Shown: positions 1 through 9,237, counted from the first letter of the stretch. The stretch is 20,896 nt of DNA from an uncultured Deinococcales bacterium (GCA_964244895.1 CAXTKV010000081.1:1-20896), one strand, 5' to 3'. The notes: a model not told the origin generated them from the letters alone. Translations and numbers: made by a program.

Positions 1-2
1 GT

Positions 3-620
3 CAAGCGCAGAACATCGAAACCTACTGGCAATCCTGGTGGACCGTCGGCAACCCGAGCTGGTTGATCAGCACGTCCGAGTACAGCGGCACGTACAACGT
101 CGCGTACTGGGATGCGGCCTGGCAATCGATCATGTTCCAGACGATAGACCGGATCATCAACAACGGTTTCGACGGTTTGTTCCTGGATCAATCCGACCCG
201 TACTGGAACAACAGCTTCCCGAAAGGCAGCACGCCGATCTCGACCTTCTCGCAACGCAGCAAGGATCTGGTCTGCAACATCGCCAATTACGCCAGGGGCA
301 AGAAGGCCGGCTTCAAGATCTTCGTCAACGGTGGCGCGAACCAGTACGACTCGTTCGGCTCCGGGTACGCGGACTGCCTGGATGCGACGGCGGGGGAGCA
401 CCTGTGGTTCTTGGGAACGGGCAGACCGGACACCTCGGGCTACCCGCCTTACACGATCCCGGTCTTGCAACGCCTGGCTGGGGCTGGAAAGAAGATCTTC
501 ACCTTCGATTACACCAGCAATCAGGGTGAAATCAATTCGGTGGTGAGCAATTCGAGGTCGAAAGGTTTCATTCCGACGATCACCGATGGTGGCATCAGCA
601 CCACACCGAAAGTCTTTTAA
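3..620 (+). CDS. GH114 / endo-alpha-1,4-polygalactosaminidase-like (TM1410/PelA-type) glycoside hydrolase, 5'-truncated by the window edge
   Basis: Frame is open from position 3 (QAQNIETYWQSWW...GNPSWL). Family-like motifs: YNVAYWDAAWQSI, GFDGLFLD, IFVNGG, E-HLWF, GKKIFTFDY. Confidence 0.75.
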   Translation, partial: QAQNIETYWQSWWTVGNPSWLISTSEYSGTYNVAYWDAAWQSIMFQTIDRIINNGFDGLFLDQSDPYWNNSFPKGSTPISTFSQRSKDLVCNIANYARGKKAGFKIFVNGGANQYDSFGSGYADCLDATAGEHLWFLGTGRPDTSGYPPYTIPVLQRLAGAGKKIFTFDYTSNQGEINSVVSNSRSKGFIPTITDGGISTTPKVF

Positions 621-633
621 GCTTTTCAACCAT

Positions 634-666
634 AGGCCCGAGGGCGACCCGCCCTCGGGCCTTTCG
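634..666 (+). terminator. Probable intrinsic terminator after the glycoside hydrolase
   Basis: Perfect 13-bp stem AGGCCCGAGGGCG / CGCCCTCGGGCCT with ACC loop, starting 14 nt after the TAA. The T-tail is short. Confidence 0.65.
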
Positions 667-845
667 ATGGCGTTCGGAGGCTGGTGATTCGGCGCGAAGA
701 GTTCCGGAACCGGCGGTACTCGAGCATATTCCTCGAGAAGCCGTGGCTCGAAAAAAGCGACCGCAGAGGGCGACGCACGGGCAATCATGCGGTATCGCAC
801 ACATTGCGCCCCGAACGGTCCTACGATAGAGCCGAGGTGAGGCGC

Positions 846-1316
846 ATGAATGCTTCCAGACTGGCCAGAGCCGCGTGCTTGCTCGCCATCTTCGCGTCTG
901 GTGCGAGTCTGGCGCAGCAGGGAAAGCAAAAAATTCCGACCCGCACCCCGTGGTTGGGCGATTCGGGCGTGGCCAGTTATCCCGTCACCGCGCCGGTTCA
1001 AAGTGCGCTCGAGGAGTTGCTCTCGCGGTTGCGCGCGCACCTGCGCGACGCGGGAACGGCACAGGATCTGCACTGCGAAACGCCTCGCGTCTGGGCGTAC
1101 CCCGGCAAGATCGAGGCCGCAGCCGTCTGGATTGGACGCCAGGTCAGGCGGATGGGTTTCGCGTTCTCGAGCGAAGGACAGCTCAGCAATTCCTACGCCT
1201 TCACCGCCACCACCAGCGACCCCAAGCACGCGTTTGACGTGATGGTCGGCGGTCTGATCGAGGGATCTCAGGCCGTGATCGCGTTCGCGCAGCGCTGCCA
1301 CCCGAACGAATCCTGA
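846..1316 (+). CDS. Hypothetical secreted protein (~156 aa)
   Basis: ATG at 846 preceded by GAGGTGAGG. N-terminus MNASRLARAACLLAIFASGASLA-QQ looks like a Sec signal peptide. No family recognised. Confidence 0.55.
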   Translation: MNASRLARAACLLAIFASGASLAQQGKQKIPTRTPWLGDSGVASYPVTAPVQSALEELLSRLRAHLRDAGTAQDLHCETPRVWAYPGKIEAAAVWIGRQVRRMGFAFSSEGQLSNSYAFTATTSDPKHAFDVMVGGLIEGSQAVIAFAQRCHPNES

Positions 1317-1408
1317 ACCCGAAATCTGGCTCGGTTGCTCGCCTCGAGAATGCGATCTCGAGCCCAGAGCCATCGTTCCAGGGCGTAAAGCGTGAACCAC
1401 AAGATCAA

Positions 1409-1433
1409 AGAACGCCGTTCAGAACGGCGTTCT
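1409..1433. repeat. Palindromic element, single copy
   Basis: Perfect palindrome AGAACGCCGTTC-A-GAACGGCGTTCT, with two symmetric changes relative to the consensus. Confidence 0.85.
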
Positions 1434-1616
1434 CTGGTAAGCTGATACCGTGATTCGGCGGTAAGATGCAAGCCAAACGCGAGCGAACCCGCATGGATCA
1501 CCGCTGGGTCGGGATCACCTGCGGTTTGTCTCGTGGCCCCGAGAGGAGCGTTTCTTGTCCGATATCTGCGCGCGAGTTTTCATCATCCGAATGCTGCGCG
1601 GGTTCGAGTTGAGCCG

Positions 1617-2885
1617 ATGACGGGTGCGCTCGCGCCGTTCAGGAGCCTGCGCAACCCGTCTTTCGCGCGGTTGTACATCTCGCAGGCCACCAGCTTGCTG
1701 GGCGATGCCCTGACCTGGGTCGGGCTGGCGCTGCTGTCCTTCGAGCTGGCCGGATCGAACTCGAGCCTGATCCTCGGCGCGGCCCTGACCCTGCGCGTGA
1801 CGGCCTTCGTGATTCTCTCGCCGCTGGCCGGGGCGCTGGCGGATCGGTTGGATCGCAAGCTGATCCTGGTGACCAGCGATCTCGGGCGGATGGTCGTGAT
1901 CGGACTGATGCCGTTCGTGACGCAGGTCTGGCAGGTGTACGCGCTGATGTTCGCGCTGAACGCCCTGACTGCTTTTTTCACGCCGACGTACCAGGCCACG
2001 ATTGTGCTCGTGACCGGAAAGGACGATTACGCTCAGGCGATCTCGCTTTCGGGCGCGACCTACGAGTTGCTGGGCGTGCTCGGCCCCGGCATCGCGGGTG
2101 GCGTGGCCGCCGTCATCGGGGCGCGTTCGATTTTCTTTCTGGACGCGCTGACGTTTTTGATCTCTGCCGCGCTGATCCTGACGCTGCCGCGATCCTTGAA
2201 CGCCCAAGGAGCTTCAACTGAAATCTCGAGCGCCACCACCTGGCGCGACGTGCGCGACGGCACGACCCGACTCTGGGCTGTCGCCGCCATGCGCTACGCG
2301 CTGCTGCTCGAGCTGGTCGCCTCGGTCGCGGGAGCGCTGGTGCTGGTCGACACGGTCGGGCTGGTGCGGGGCAGCCTGGGTCTGGGCAACCTCGAGTACG
2401 GTCTGGTGATGGCGGCCTTCGGGGTCGGTGCGACGCTGGCGGCGCTGGCCCTCGGAGCGCTCGAGAAACGAGTGCCGCGCACCATGTTTTTGCTGGTGGG
2501 CGCGTTCGTCACGACGCTGGCCGTGCTGCCCGCCAACCTGGTCGGGGTCGCACCGTTGTTGGTGTTGTGGCTGGTGGCGGGTGCGGGACAGAACTGGGTC
2601 AACCTGCCGACGCAAGCGCTGATTGCGGATCGCACGCCGACCGAGGTGCAGGGTCGCGTCTACGGCGCGCACTTCGCCTGGAGCCACCTGTGGTGGGCGC
2701 TGGCGTACCCGTTGGCGGGCTGGCTCGGGTCGAGCCTATCGAATCGGGATTTCCTGGTGGGCGGTCTGATCGGGGTGGGCTCGCTGATCGCGGTGCAGAC
2801 GCTTCTGGCGCCCGGAAGCCCGCCGATCCCGATTGATAAAGCGGCACAGCCCGAGTCCGAGCCTCAAGATGATCAGATGCGATAG
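1617..2885 (+). CDS. MFS transporter, DHA3 family, NreB/NrsD-like
   Basis: About 12 hydrophobic segments; motif A (GALADRLDRK); C-terminal QGRVYGAHFAWSHLWWALAYPLAGWLG resembles NreB-type permeases. ATG 1617 preferred over GTG 1533. Confidence 0.8.
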   Translation: MTGALAPFRSLRNPSFARLYISQATSLLGDALTWVGLALLSFELAGSNSSLILGAALTLRVTAFVILSPLAGALADRLDRKLILVTSDLGRMVVIGLMPFVTQVWQVYALMFALNALTAFFTPTYQATIVLVTGKDDYAQAISLSGATYELLGVLGPGIAGGVAAVIGARSIFFLDALTFLISAALILTLPRSLNAQGASTEISSATTWRDVRDGTTRLWAVAAMRYALLLELVASVAGALVLVDTVGLVRGSLGLGNLEYGLVMAAFGVGATLAALALGALEKRVPRTMFLLVGAFVTTLAVLPANLVGVAPLLVLWLVAGAGQNWVNLPTQALIADRTPTEVQGRVYGAHFAWSHLWWALAYPLAGWLGSSLSNRDFLVGGLIGVGSLIAVQTLLAPGSPPIPIDKAAQPESEPQDDQMR

Positions 2886-2907
2886 GAACCAAGAACCCAG
2901 GCGGTAC

Positions 2908-2973
2908 GAGAACGCCGTCCAGGACGCTATTCTTGCGATCTCGAGGAATCGCGCGCTGGACGGTCTCCTCGAG
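2908..2973. repeat. Palindromic element doublet (36-bp spacing) between convergent MFS and mntH
   Basis: GAGAACGCCGTCC-A-GGACG ... GC-T-GGACGGTCTCCTCGAG; centres 2921 and 2957. Confidence 0.8.
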
Positions 2974-2994
2974 GCTGAATGCTCAGATTTCAGG

Positions 2995-4299
2995 TCATTG
3001 CGGGATCAATCCGAACGTCACCAGCAGCAGGTACAGGTTCAAGGAAATGATGATCGCGGCGATGCCCCAACCGGCGATGGTGGTCAGCGCAGCGTTGGTG
3101 AATTCGCCCATGATGGAACGGTTGGCGGTGAACATCAACAGCGGCACCAGCGCGAACGGAATCCCGAACGACAGTACCACCTGCGATAAGACCAGCGTGG
3201 CCGTCGGGTCGAGCCCGGCCAGGATCACGGCGAAGGCTGGAACCATCGTGATCGTGCGGCGCAACCAGACGGGAATCCGGAAACCGATGAAACCCTGCAT
3301 GATCACCTGACCGCTCATCGTGCCGACCGCGCTCGAGGAAAGGCCGCTCGAGAGGAGCGCGATGCCGAACGCGAAGGCCGCAGCACTGCCCAAGAGTGGC
3401 GTCAGCGTCTTGTAGGCCTCGGTGATTTCCGTGATCGGTTTCCCAGCGGCGTGAAAGGTCGCGGCAGCGGCAATGAGCATGCTCATGTTGATCAGCATGG
3501 CGATGCCCATCGCCAGGAACACGTCCACCTTGTTGAATTTCAGCAAGCGCCGCGTTTCACCGGCGTTGCTGGTCGGGATGCGCCCCTGCGTCAGGGCGCT
3601 GTGCAAATAAATCACGTGCGGCATGACGGTCGCGCCGATGATGCCGACCGCCAGGTACAGGCTGGCGGCTCCATTCAATCTCGGGATGAAGCCGCCCAGC
3701 ACGGCAATGCTCGGTCGGGACAACCCGACTTGCACCACGTAAGCCCCGGCGATCACGGCCACGAACGCGGCGATGACCATCTCGATGGGGCGGAAGCCCC
3801 TGGCTTGCAGGCCCAAGAGCGCAAACGTCACGATGCCGGTCAGCACCGCGCCCAGCCACAACGGGATGCCGAACAGCAGCGTGAAGGCCAGGCTCGCGCC
3901 GAGGAATTCGGCCAGGTCGGTCGCCATGGCGACCAGTTCGGCCTGCGCCCAGTAAAGCCACACGACCCATCTGGGGAAGCGTTCGCGGATGATTTCCGGC
4001 AGGTTCTTGCCGGTCACGATCCCGAGCTTGGCGGACAGCGTCTGCACCAGCATGGCCATCAGGCTGGCCAGCAGGATCACCCACAACAATAAATATCCGT
4101 ATTTGGCGCCGCCCGCGATGTTGGTCGCGAAGTTGCCGGGATCCATGTACGCGACGCTGGCCACGAAGGCCGCGCCCAGAAACGGCGTGACGCGCCGCCA
4201 GCCGCGCCGGGTGCTGCGGTTGGCCAGAACATCCTGCGCCTGACGGTTCAATTCCTGATCGAGCGTGCCGGGCTGGACGGTGTGCGTCTCAGTCGTCAC
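2995..4299 (-). CDS. mntH: Nramp-family Mn2+/H+ symporter MntH
   Basis: Signature motifs YMDPGNFATNI, GATVMPHVIYLHS, SSSAVGTMSGQVIMQGF and VLSQVVLSFGIPFAL. GTG start overlaps the mntR stop (GTGA). Confidence 0.95.
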   Translation of the reverse strand: MTTETHTVQPGTLDQELNRQAQDVLANRSTRRGWRRVTPFLGAAFVASVAYMDPGNFATNIAGGAKYGYLLLWVILLASLMAMLVQTLSAKLGIVTGKNLPEIIRERFPRWVVWLYWAQAELVAMATDLAEFLGASLAFTLLFGIPLWLGAVLTGIVTFALLGLQARGFRPIEMVIAAFVAVIAGAYVVQVGLSRPSIAVLGGFIPRLNGAASLYLAVGIIGATVMPHVIYLHSALTQGRIPTSNAGETRRLLKFNKVDVFLAMGIAMLINMSMLIAAAATFHAAGKPITEITEAYKTLTPLLGSAAAFAFGIALLSSGLSSSAVGTMSGQVIMQGFIGFRIPVWLRRTITMVPAFAVILAGLDPTATLVLSQVVLSFGIPFALVPLLMFTANRSIMGEFTNAALTTIAGWGIAAIIISLNLYLLLVTFGLIPQ

Positions 4300-4976
4300 G
4301 GCCTGACCTCGAGTCTCGAATCGTTCACGAACAGCTTGCGCGCCGCCTCGAGCGAGATCGTGTGCAGGGCGCCTCCGGCGACTTCCAGGGTGATTGTTCC
4401 GCCCGCACTGGACACGTCGGTCACGCGCACGCGCGCGCCGGGCGTCAAGCCCAGCAGCACGAAGTGCCGCAGCAGTTCGGCGTCGCGATCGACGATCCGT
4501 CCCACGCGGGTTTCCTCTCCGGCGTTCACGTCCGCCAGGGCGCGTGTGGCGTAGGGCGGCAGGGTGCCTTCCAGCGTCGGGATCGGTTCGCCGTGCGGGT
4601 CGTGGGTGGGGTTGCCCAGGATTTCGCTGATTTTGGCTTCGAAATCCTCGCTGATGTGGTGCTCGAGACGTTCGGCTTCGGCGTGAACGTCCGCCAGGCC
4701 GTAGCCGAGCGCCTGGTGCAGGTACAGTTCCAGCAGTCGGTGGTGGCGCACCAGCTCGAGCGCGATGCTCGAGCCCGCGACGGTCAGGCTCGCGCCCTGG
4801 TACGGCGCGTGTTCGACCAGTCCCATTTCGCTGAGTTTTTTGAGCATTCCGGTGACGCTGGCTGGCGTCACCTGGAGGTGATCGGCCACGGCTTGCGTCG
4901 TGACCCTGCCGCTCTGCGAGAGCGCGTAGATGGTTTTGAGGTAGTCCTCTGCTTGGCTGGATAGGAGTTCTCGCAT
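4296..4976 (-). CDS. mntR: DtxR/MntR-family metal-dependent repressor with C-terminal FeoA/SH3-like domain
   Basis: EDYLKTIY, winged HTH, RHHRLLELYL, EAERLEHHIS, DPHGEPIP, and a FeoA-like tail (LGLTPGARVRV). Confidence 0.92.
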   Translation of the reverse strand: MRELLSSQAEDYLKTIYALSQSGRVTTQAVADHLQVTPASVTGMLKKLSEMGLVEHAPYQGASLTVAGSSIALELVRHHRLLELYLHQALGYGLADVHAEAERLEHHISEDFEAKISEILGNPTHDPHGEPIPTLEGTLPPYATRALADVNAGEETRVGRIVDRDAELLRHFVLLGLTPGARVRVTDVSSAGGTITLEVAGGALHTISLEAARKLFVNDSRLEVRP

Positions 4977-5007
4977 GGTTTCTTTCTTCTTGGTGCTACT
5001 AGAATAG

Positions 5008-5036
5008 AGTTTAGGCGCTCCTAAAAATTATTTCAA
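5008..5036 (-). promoter_or_regulatory. Sigma70-type promoter of mntR-mntH with an overlapping MntR/DtxR-type operator
   Basis: Minus strand reads TTGAAA-17 nt-TAAACT (-35 at 5036-5031, -10 at 5013-5008). Palindrome TTTAGG-CGCT-CCTAAA at 5010-5025 resembles SirR/MntR boxes (TTAGGttaaCCTAA). Confidence 0.8.
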
Positions 5037-5107
5037 GTCCTCTATCAGAGTCAACGTTGGGAACATGCGGATTGGATTTCGGTCAGCCTGCGAGAGGGAG
5101 GACAGAA

Positions 5108-5135
5108 GTGAAAGCTCAAAGGTGAAAGCTCAAAG
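5108..5135. repeat. 14-bp tandem repeat (GTGAAAGCTCAAAG x2), part of a heptamer-periodic tract
   Basis: Exact duplication at 5108-5121 and 5122-5135. Confidence 0.8.
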
Positions 5136-5166
5136 CGCTTCGGGTTGGCTTGGGCGGAGCCAAATT

Positions 5167-5231
5167 CTCGAGAAGACCGTCCTGCACGGCATTTCTCGAG
5201 CCTCAAAAAGTGCGTCCTGGCTGGTGTTCTC
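5167..5231. repeat. Palindromic element doublet (35-bp spacing)
   Basis: CTCGAGAAGACCGTCC-T-GCACGGCATTTCTCGAG ... GCGTCC-T-GGCTGGTGTTCTC; centres 5183 and 5218. Confidence 0.8.
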
Positions 5232-5295
5232 GTTTCGAGGCGAAGAGAAGTTGGGCATCCGGGATCGGGCTGACGAGACTCGACGCTCGAGAGTT

Positions 5296-5360
5296 CCTCG
5301 GGGAAGACCGTGTGGGACGGTCGTCCCCGAGGACAAAGATGTGCGTCCCGGACGATCTTG
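5296..5360. repeat. Palindromic element doublet (35-bp spacing)
   Basis: CCTCGGGGAAGACCGTGT-G-GGACGGTCGTCCCCGAGG ... GCGTCC-C-GGACGATCTTG; centres 5314 and 5349. Confidence 0.75.
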
Positions 5361-5451
5361 CCCTGACCTCTGAGGGCTGACTTCTGCCGTACCTGGGAAC
5401 CTCGCGCGCTGACCCCGCATCACAACCCCAGAACCAGCAAGGGAGGAACGC

Positions 5452-6870
5452 ATGAAGCCATACAGACCCGCGAACTACAGCTACGAGGACGCCGCACACC
5501 TGATGCGCCGCGCCGGATTCGGCGGCACACCGGAAGAAATAGAGAAACTGCGCGCGCTCGGGCCGGAACTGGCCGTCGAGAAACTGCTGAGCTTCAACCC
5601 CAACGACGGCACGGAACCCAACCCGAACGACGTGGACGCCGCCTTCGACGAACTGATCAAGGCCGGAGTGGAGCCGAACAAAGCCCTGCCGCGCATCAGC
5701 CCGAGCGTGCAGTTGTGGTGGTTGCACAAGATGCTGACCACCACCCAACCCCTCAAGGAAAAACTGACGCTCTTCTGGCACGGGCACTTCGCCAGCGGCT
5801 CGGACAAGGTCAAGAGCGGCTTCATGCTCAAAAACCAGAACGAACTTTTCCGGCGCATGGGCGCGGGCGATTTTGAACCCTTCTTGCTCGAGGTTTCCAG
5901 AGACCCGGCCATGCTGCGCTACCTGGACAACGACCAGAACACCAAAGCCCACGCCAACGAGAACTACGCTCGGGAACTGATGGAACTCTTCACCATGGGT
6001 GTCGGCAATTACACCGAAAAAGACATCCAGGAATCCGCCCGCGCGCTGTCGGGTTGGTTCATTCAAGGTGGGCAGCGCGGTGCGGGCAAAAGCCCACAGA
6101 TGGCGCGCAAACCCGAATCACAGTTCAACCCGCGCAACCACGACGACGGCACCAAAACCTTCCTCGGGCAGGCCGGCGACTGGAAGCTTCCAGACATCGT
6201 GCGGATCGTCAGCGCGCAGAGCGCGACCTCGAGATTCATGACTCAAAAACTCTGGAAGTTCTTCGTCAACGAAGAGATTCCCGCAGATGTTCACACCGAA
6301 CTGGCGGCGCTCTGGGCGCAATCGAAGGGCAACACGACCGCGCTGCTGCGCGAGATCTTCAACAGCCAAGAGTTCTACGCCCAGCGCAACCGGTACGCCC
6401 TGGTCAAATCTCCGGTCGAGTACGTTGTCGGCACCTTGCGCGCGTCCCGCGCAAGGTTAACGCCCGCCCACCAGCGCGGCGTGGTCAACATCATGAGCCA
6501 GCAATACCAGACCCTGCTCGACCCTCCGAACGTCAAAGGCTGGGACGGCGGCAAGGAATGGATCGACGATTCCTCGATCCTGAACCGACTGACCTTCGTC
6601 GGAGCCGTTGTCAGCGGCAATTTGCCCGCAGCGCGCGCCAAAAATGGGGCGCAACAGGCCGCACAGAATCCCAAAGCTGACCTGAGCCTGCCGTCCTCTC
6701 CGAACGCCGCCGACCTGATCGAACTGCTGGGGCGCACGTATCTGGGTCAAAGCCCCAACGGTGCGCTCCGCAAGATCCTCGAGACGTACGCGGGCGGCAA
6801 GCTGACGCCGGAAATCGCTAAGGGTATGGCGTACCTGGTGCTGGCCAGCCCGCAGTACCACCTCGCCTGA
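5452..6870 (+). CDS. DUF1800 family protein
   Basis: AAHLMRRAGFG, LKEKLTLFWHGHF, DPAMLRYLDN, NENYARELMELFTMG, KSPVEYVVG, PPNVKGW, LASPQY; RBS GGGAGG. Confidence 0.9.
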   Translation: MKPYRPANYSYEDAAHLMRRAGFGGTPEEIEKLRALGPELAVEKLLSFNPNDGTEPNPNDVDAAFDELIKAGVEPNKALPRISPSVQLWWLHKMLTTTQPLKEKLTLFWHGHFASGSDKVKSGFMLKNQNELFRRMGAGDFEPFLLEVSRDPAMLRYLDNDQNTKAHANENYARELMELFTMGVGNYTEKDIQESARALSGWFIQGGQRGAGKSPQMARKPESQFNPRNHDDGTKTFLGQAGDWKLPDIVRIVSAQSATSRFMTQKLWKFFVNEEIPADVHTELAALWAQSKGNTTALLREIFNSQEFYAQRNRYALVKSPVEYVVGTLRASRARLTPAHQRGVVNIMSQQYQTLLDPPNVKGWDGGKEWIDDSSILNRLTFVGAVVSGNLPAARAKNGAQQAAQNPKADLSLPSSPNAADLIELLGRTYLGQSPNGALRKILETYAGGKLTPEIAKGMAYLVLASPQYHLA

Positions 6871-6873
6871 AAT

Positions 6874-7073
6874 GGTCACGGGTCACAGGAGGGCTGTCAG
6901 AAGTGAACCCGTTCCTCGAGCGACACCCCAGAAACACCGTCCCACACGCGAGAAACGACCCACGCAAGAACATCGTCCCAGACGGTCTTCTCGAGAATCG
7001 CTCGCCCAATCCGTACCCGAGCGATTTCGCCGTTTCTCCCGACTTCTGACCCGTGCCTCATGACCCGTGACCC
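6874..7073. repeat. ~200-bp intergenic composite: imperfect 31-bp terminal inverted repeats enclosing a palindromic doublet (36-bp spacing)
   Basis: Left arm GGTCACGGGTCA-N10-GTCAGAAGT (6874-6904) is the reverse complement of ACTTCTGAC-N10-TGACCCGTGACC (7042-7072). Internal doublet at 6930-6995, centres 6943 and 6979. Confidence 0.7.
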
Positions 7074-7086
7074 AAAGGAGCCAACC

Positions 7087-8268
7087 ATGAAAAGACGCGA
7101 CTTTCTGAAATCATCCTTCTTCACGCTCGCGATGGGCGCGGGCGGGCCGGGTTTCCTGACGCGCACCGCGCAGGCCGCCATCGGCAAGGGCAAGATTCTG
7201 GTGGTGGTGCAACTCTCCGGCGGCAACGATGCCCTGAACACGCTCGTGCCGTACTCGCAGGGCGCGTATTACGCGGCCCGTCCGACCTTGGCGGTGCCCA
7301 AAAAGGACGTGCTGACCGTGTCCGGTGATGTCGGCATGAATCCCAGCTTGAAGCCCTTCATGGGACTCTGGGACGCCGGAGAACTCGCCTTGGTGCAGGG
7401 CGTGGGTTACCCCAACCCGAACCGCAGTCACTTCGAGAGCATGGCGATCTGGCACAGCGCCGACGTGAGCGCCAGCACCTCGAGCGACGTGGACGGCTGG
7501 ATCGCCAAGATTGCACAAAAATACGGCGATCCGTTTTGCGCCACGAATTTCGGCGGTAACACGCCCGGTGCGTTGCGCGGTGGCGACGTGATCCTGCCCT
7601 CGATCAGCAACCTGGATCGCTACCAGTTGAAGCTCCCGGACGGCCTGGACAAGGCGTACCGGGGCCTGCTGTCCGACCGGATGGATGGCCGCGCGGACGA
7701 ACTCCGCAAGAACACCGTGCAGATGCTCGAGAACACCGCCAAAGTGCAGAGCGGCCTTTCCAGGTACAAGCCCGGCTCGAAGTACCCGGAAAACAACTTC
7801 GCGGGCAGCCTCAACGAGATCGCCAGGATGGTCGCCGCCGATGTCGGGCCGCGCGTGTTCTACACCAGCCTGGGCGGTTTCGACACGCACGCCGGACAGC
7901 CCGAGGATCACCCGGCCTTGCTCGAGACGCTCTCTGCTGCGCTGGTCGCGTTTCGCGCCGACATCGAAGCCCAGGGCCGCGCCGACGACGTGATCGTGAT
8001 CGGCTTCTCGGAATTCGGGCGTCGGCTGGCGGAAAACGCCAGCGCGGGCACCGATCACGGCAAGGCCGGGCTGATGTTCGCGCTCGGCAAGGGCATCAAG
8101 GGCGGGTTGTACGGCCAGTACCCGGACCTGGAAAAACTCAACGACGGCGATCCGGTCATGACCACCGACTTCCGTCAGGTCTACGCGGAATCCCTCGATC
8201 GATGGTTGAATGTGCCCAGCCGCGAGATTCTCGGCTCGAGCTTCAAACCGCTCAATTTCGTGCGCTAG
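7087..8268 (+). CDS. DUF1501 family protein with Tat signal peptide
   Basis: MKRRDFLK twin-arginine motif; [52 protein letters not shown]. Confidence 0.9.
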   Translation: MKRRDFLKSSFFTLAMGAGGPGFLTRTAQAAIGKGKILVVVQLSGGNDALNTLVPYSQGAYYAARPTLAVPKKDVLTVSGDVGMNPSLKPFMGLWDAGELALVQGVGYPNPNRSHFESMAIWHSADVSASTSSDVDGWIAKIAQKYGDPFCATNFGGNTPGALRGGDVILPSISNLDRYQLKLPDGLDKAYRGLLSDRMDGRADELRKNTVQMLENTAKVQSGLSRYKPGSKYPENNFAGSLNEIARMVAADVGPRVFYTSLGGFDTHAGQPEDHPALLETLSAALVAFRADIEAQGRADDVIVIGFSEFGRRLAENASAGTDHGKAGLMFALGKGIKGGLYGQYPDLEKLNDGDPVMTTDFRQVYAESLDRWLNVPSREILGSSFKPLNFVR

Positions 8269-8282
8269 ACGCCGAGCCTGAG

Positions 8283-8343
8283 GGACTCCATCGCGCACGC
8301 GTTTTTGGGTGCACAAAGAACACCGTCCAGAACGGTGTTCTTT
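8283..8343. repeat. Palindromic element with a degenerate partner 35 bp upstream; may also act as terminator
   Basis: AAAGAACACCGTCC-A-GAACGGTGTTCTTT (8315-8343, centre 8329); degenerate GGACTCCATCG-C-GCACGCGTTTT, centre 8294. Confidence 0.8.
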
Positions 8344-8493
8344 TGTCTCATGTGCATTGGTCACGCGGATTCTCAATGGCCGAGGCCATGATTGACCTGT
8401 ACGACCTCAAGCTCGAGAACGCGCAAGCTGAAAGCGCGGGCGACAGGCGCGACGTTCAACCCTGAACGTCGAAGGTGTGCAGGGGAGAAGACC

Positions 8494-8964
8494 ATGAACC
8501 AGTCCCGTTACACGACCGCCCCCGTCTCTTTCTGGTCCAGAATGCGGCTCTCGCTCGTTGCGCTGGCCCTCGGCCTGGGCGTCGCCGCCTGCGCGCCAGC
8601 CGCGCAATCACCCGGCGGTTCCGTCTACTGGCCGCCATCGAACGCACTCCGGGACGGCATGTTCTGGGCCGTCGCCTTCGAGAACGGCCAGAAGTTCAGC
8701 GGGCGGATCGAGGGCAAGGACAGCGAAGGCGACTGGACGGGCTCCGGCTCGGGCGGCCTGACGCTGTTCACGTTCGCGCTCAACAACGGCGGGTTCGCCT
8801 TTCAGGTGCTCGAAAAAACTGGCGGGCCGTCGTGGTTCTGCGTGCTGCGCGACGCCAGCAGCTACCAGGACGACGTTTACCTCGGCGCGGGAGCTTACAC
8901 CGCCACGAAGAACGCCCCCTTGCAGGATCTCAAACAATCCTGCGGTGTCGCGTTTGGACGCTGA
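8494..8964 (+). CDS. Lipoprotein consisting of one copy of the domain repeated in the downstream protease
   Basis: RBS GGGGAG; hydrophobic signal ending in lipobox VAA-C. The mature part aligns with the protease C-terminal repeats (37/51 identities in the core with repeat 3). Confidence 0.8.
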   Translation: MNQSRYTTAPVSFWSRMRLSLVALALGLGVAACAPAAQSPGGSVYWPPSNALRDGMFWAVAFENGQKFSGRIEGKDSEGDWTGSGSGGLTLFTFALNNGGFAFQVLEKTGGPSWFCVLRDASSYQDDVYLGAGAYTATKNAPLQDLKQSCGVAFGR

Positions 8965-9237
8965 CGCGCCACGATGCGTCAGCGTTCTCGAGAAATGCGT
9001 TCAACCCACCATCATTTGGAGGCCATTCTAATCATGAAGTCGATGCCATTCATCGCGTCCCGGTGGGAAGTTGTGCAGCGCGCACGCCAAAAAACGTGAT
9101 CGCAAGCGATAATCGAAGCTGATACCAGGACGCGACCGGGCTGGCAGTTTCAACCCTTCAGGGCAAGCGATAACCTGCCCTCGGGTTTCAGTCAGACCCG
9201 AATTCTCGTCCACGGTCAGCACCCAGGGGAGGAACGC

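Noticed and set aside
684..845. N-terminal extensions from the ORF track (also 1533, 7060, 8392, 14882, 16069, 20259)
   Set aside because: They run through intergenic or repeat DNA; downstream starts have better RBSs and/or match family N-termini.
1317..1616. Mn-sensing yybP-ykoY or NiCo riboswitch upstream of the MFS
   Set aside because: No recognisable conserved elements by eye. An Rfam scan would be decisive.
7709..7740. GAACACCG matches inside DUF1501 (and at ~10861 in the protease)
   Set aside because: Half-site only, no opposing arm, and explained by Asn-Thr codons.
7111..8376. Long antisense ORFs (also 13467-14822, 14868-15899, 12586-13590, 5203-6066, 19099-19917)
   Set aside because: Shadow frames of well-supported genes in GC-rich DNA, with no recognisable motifs.
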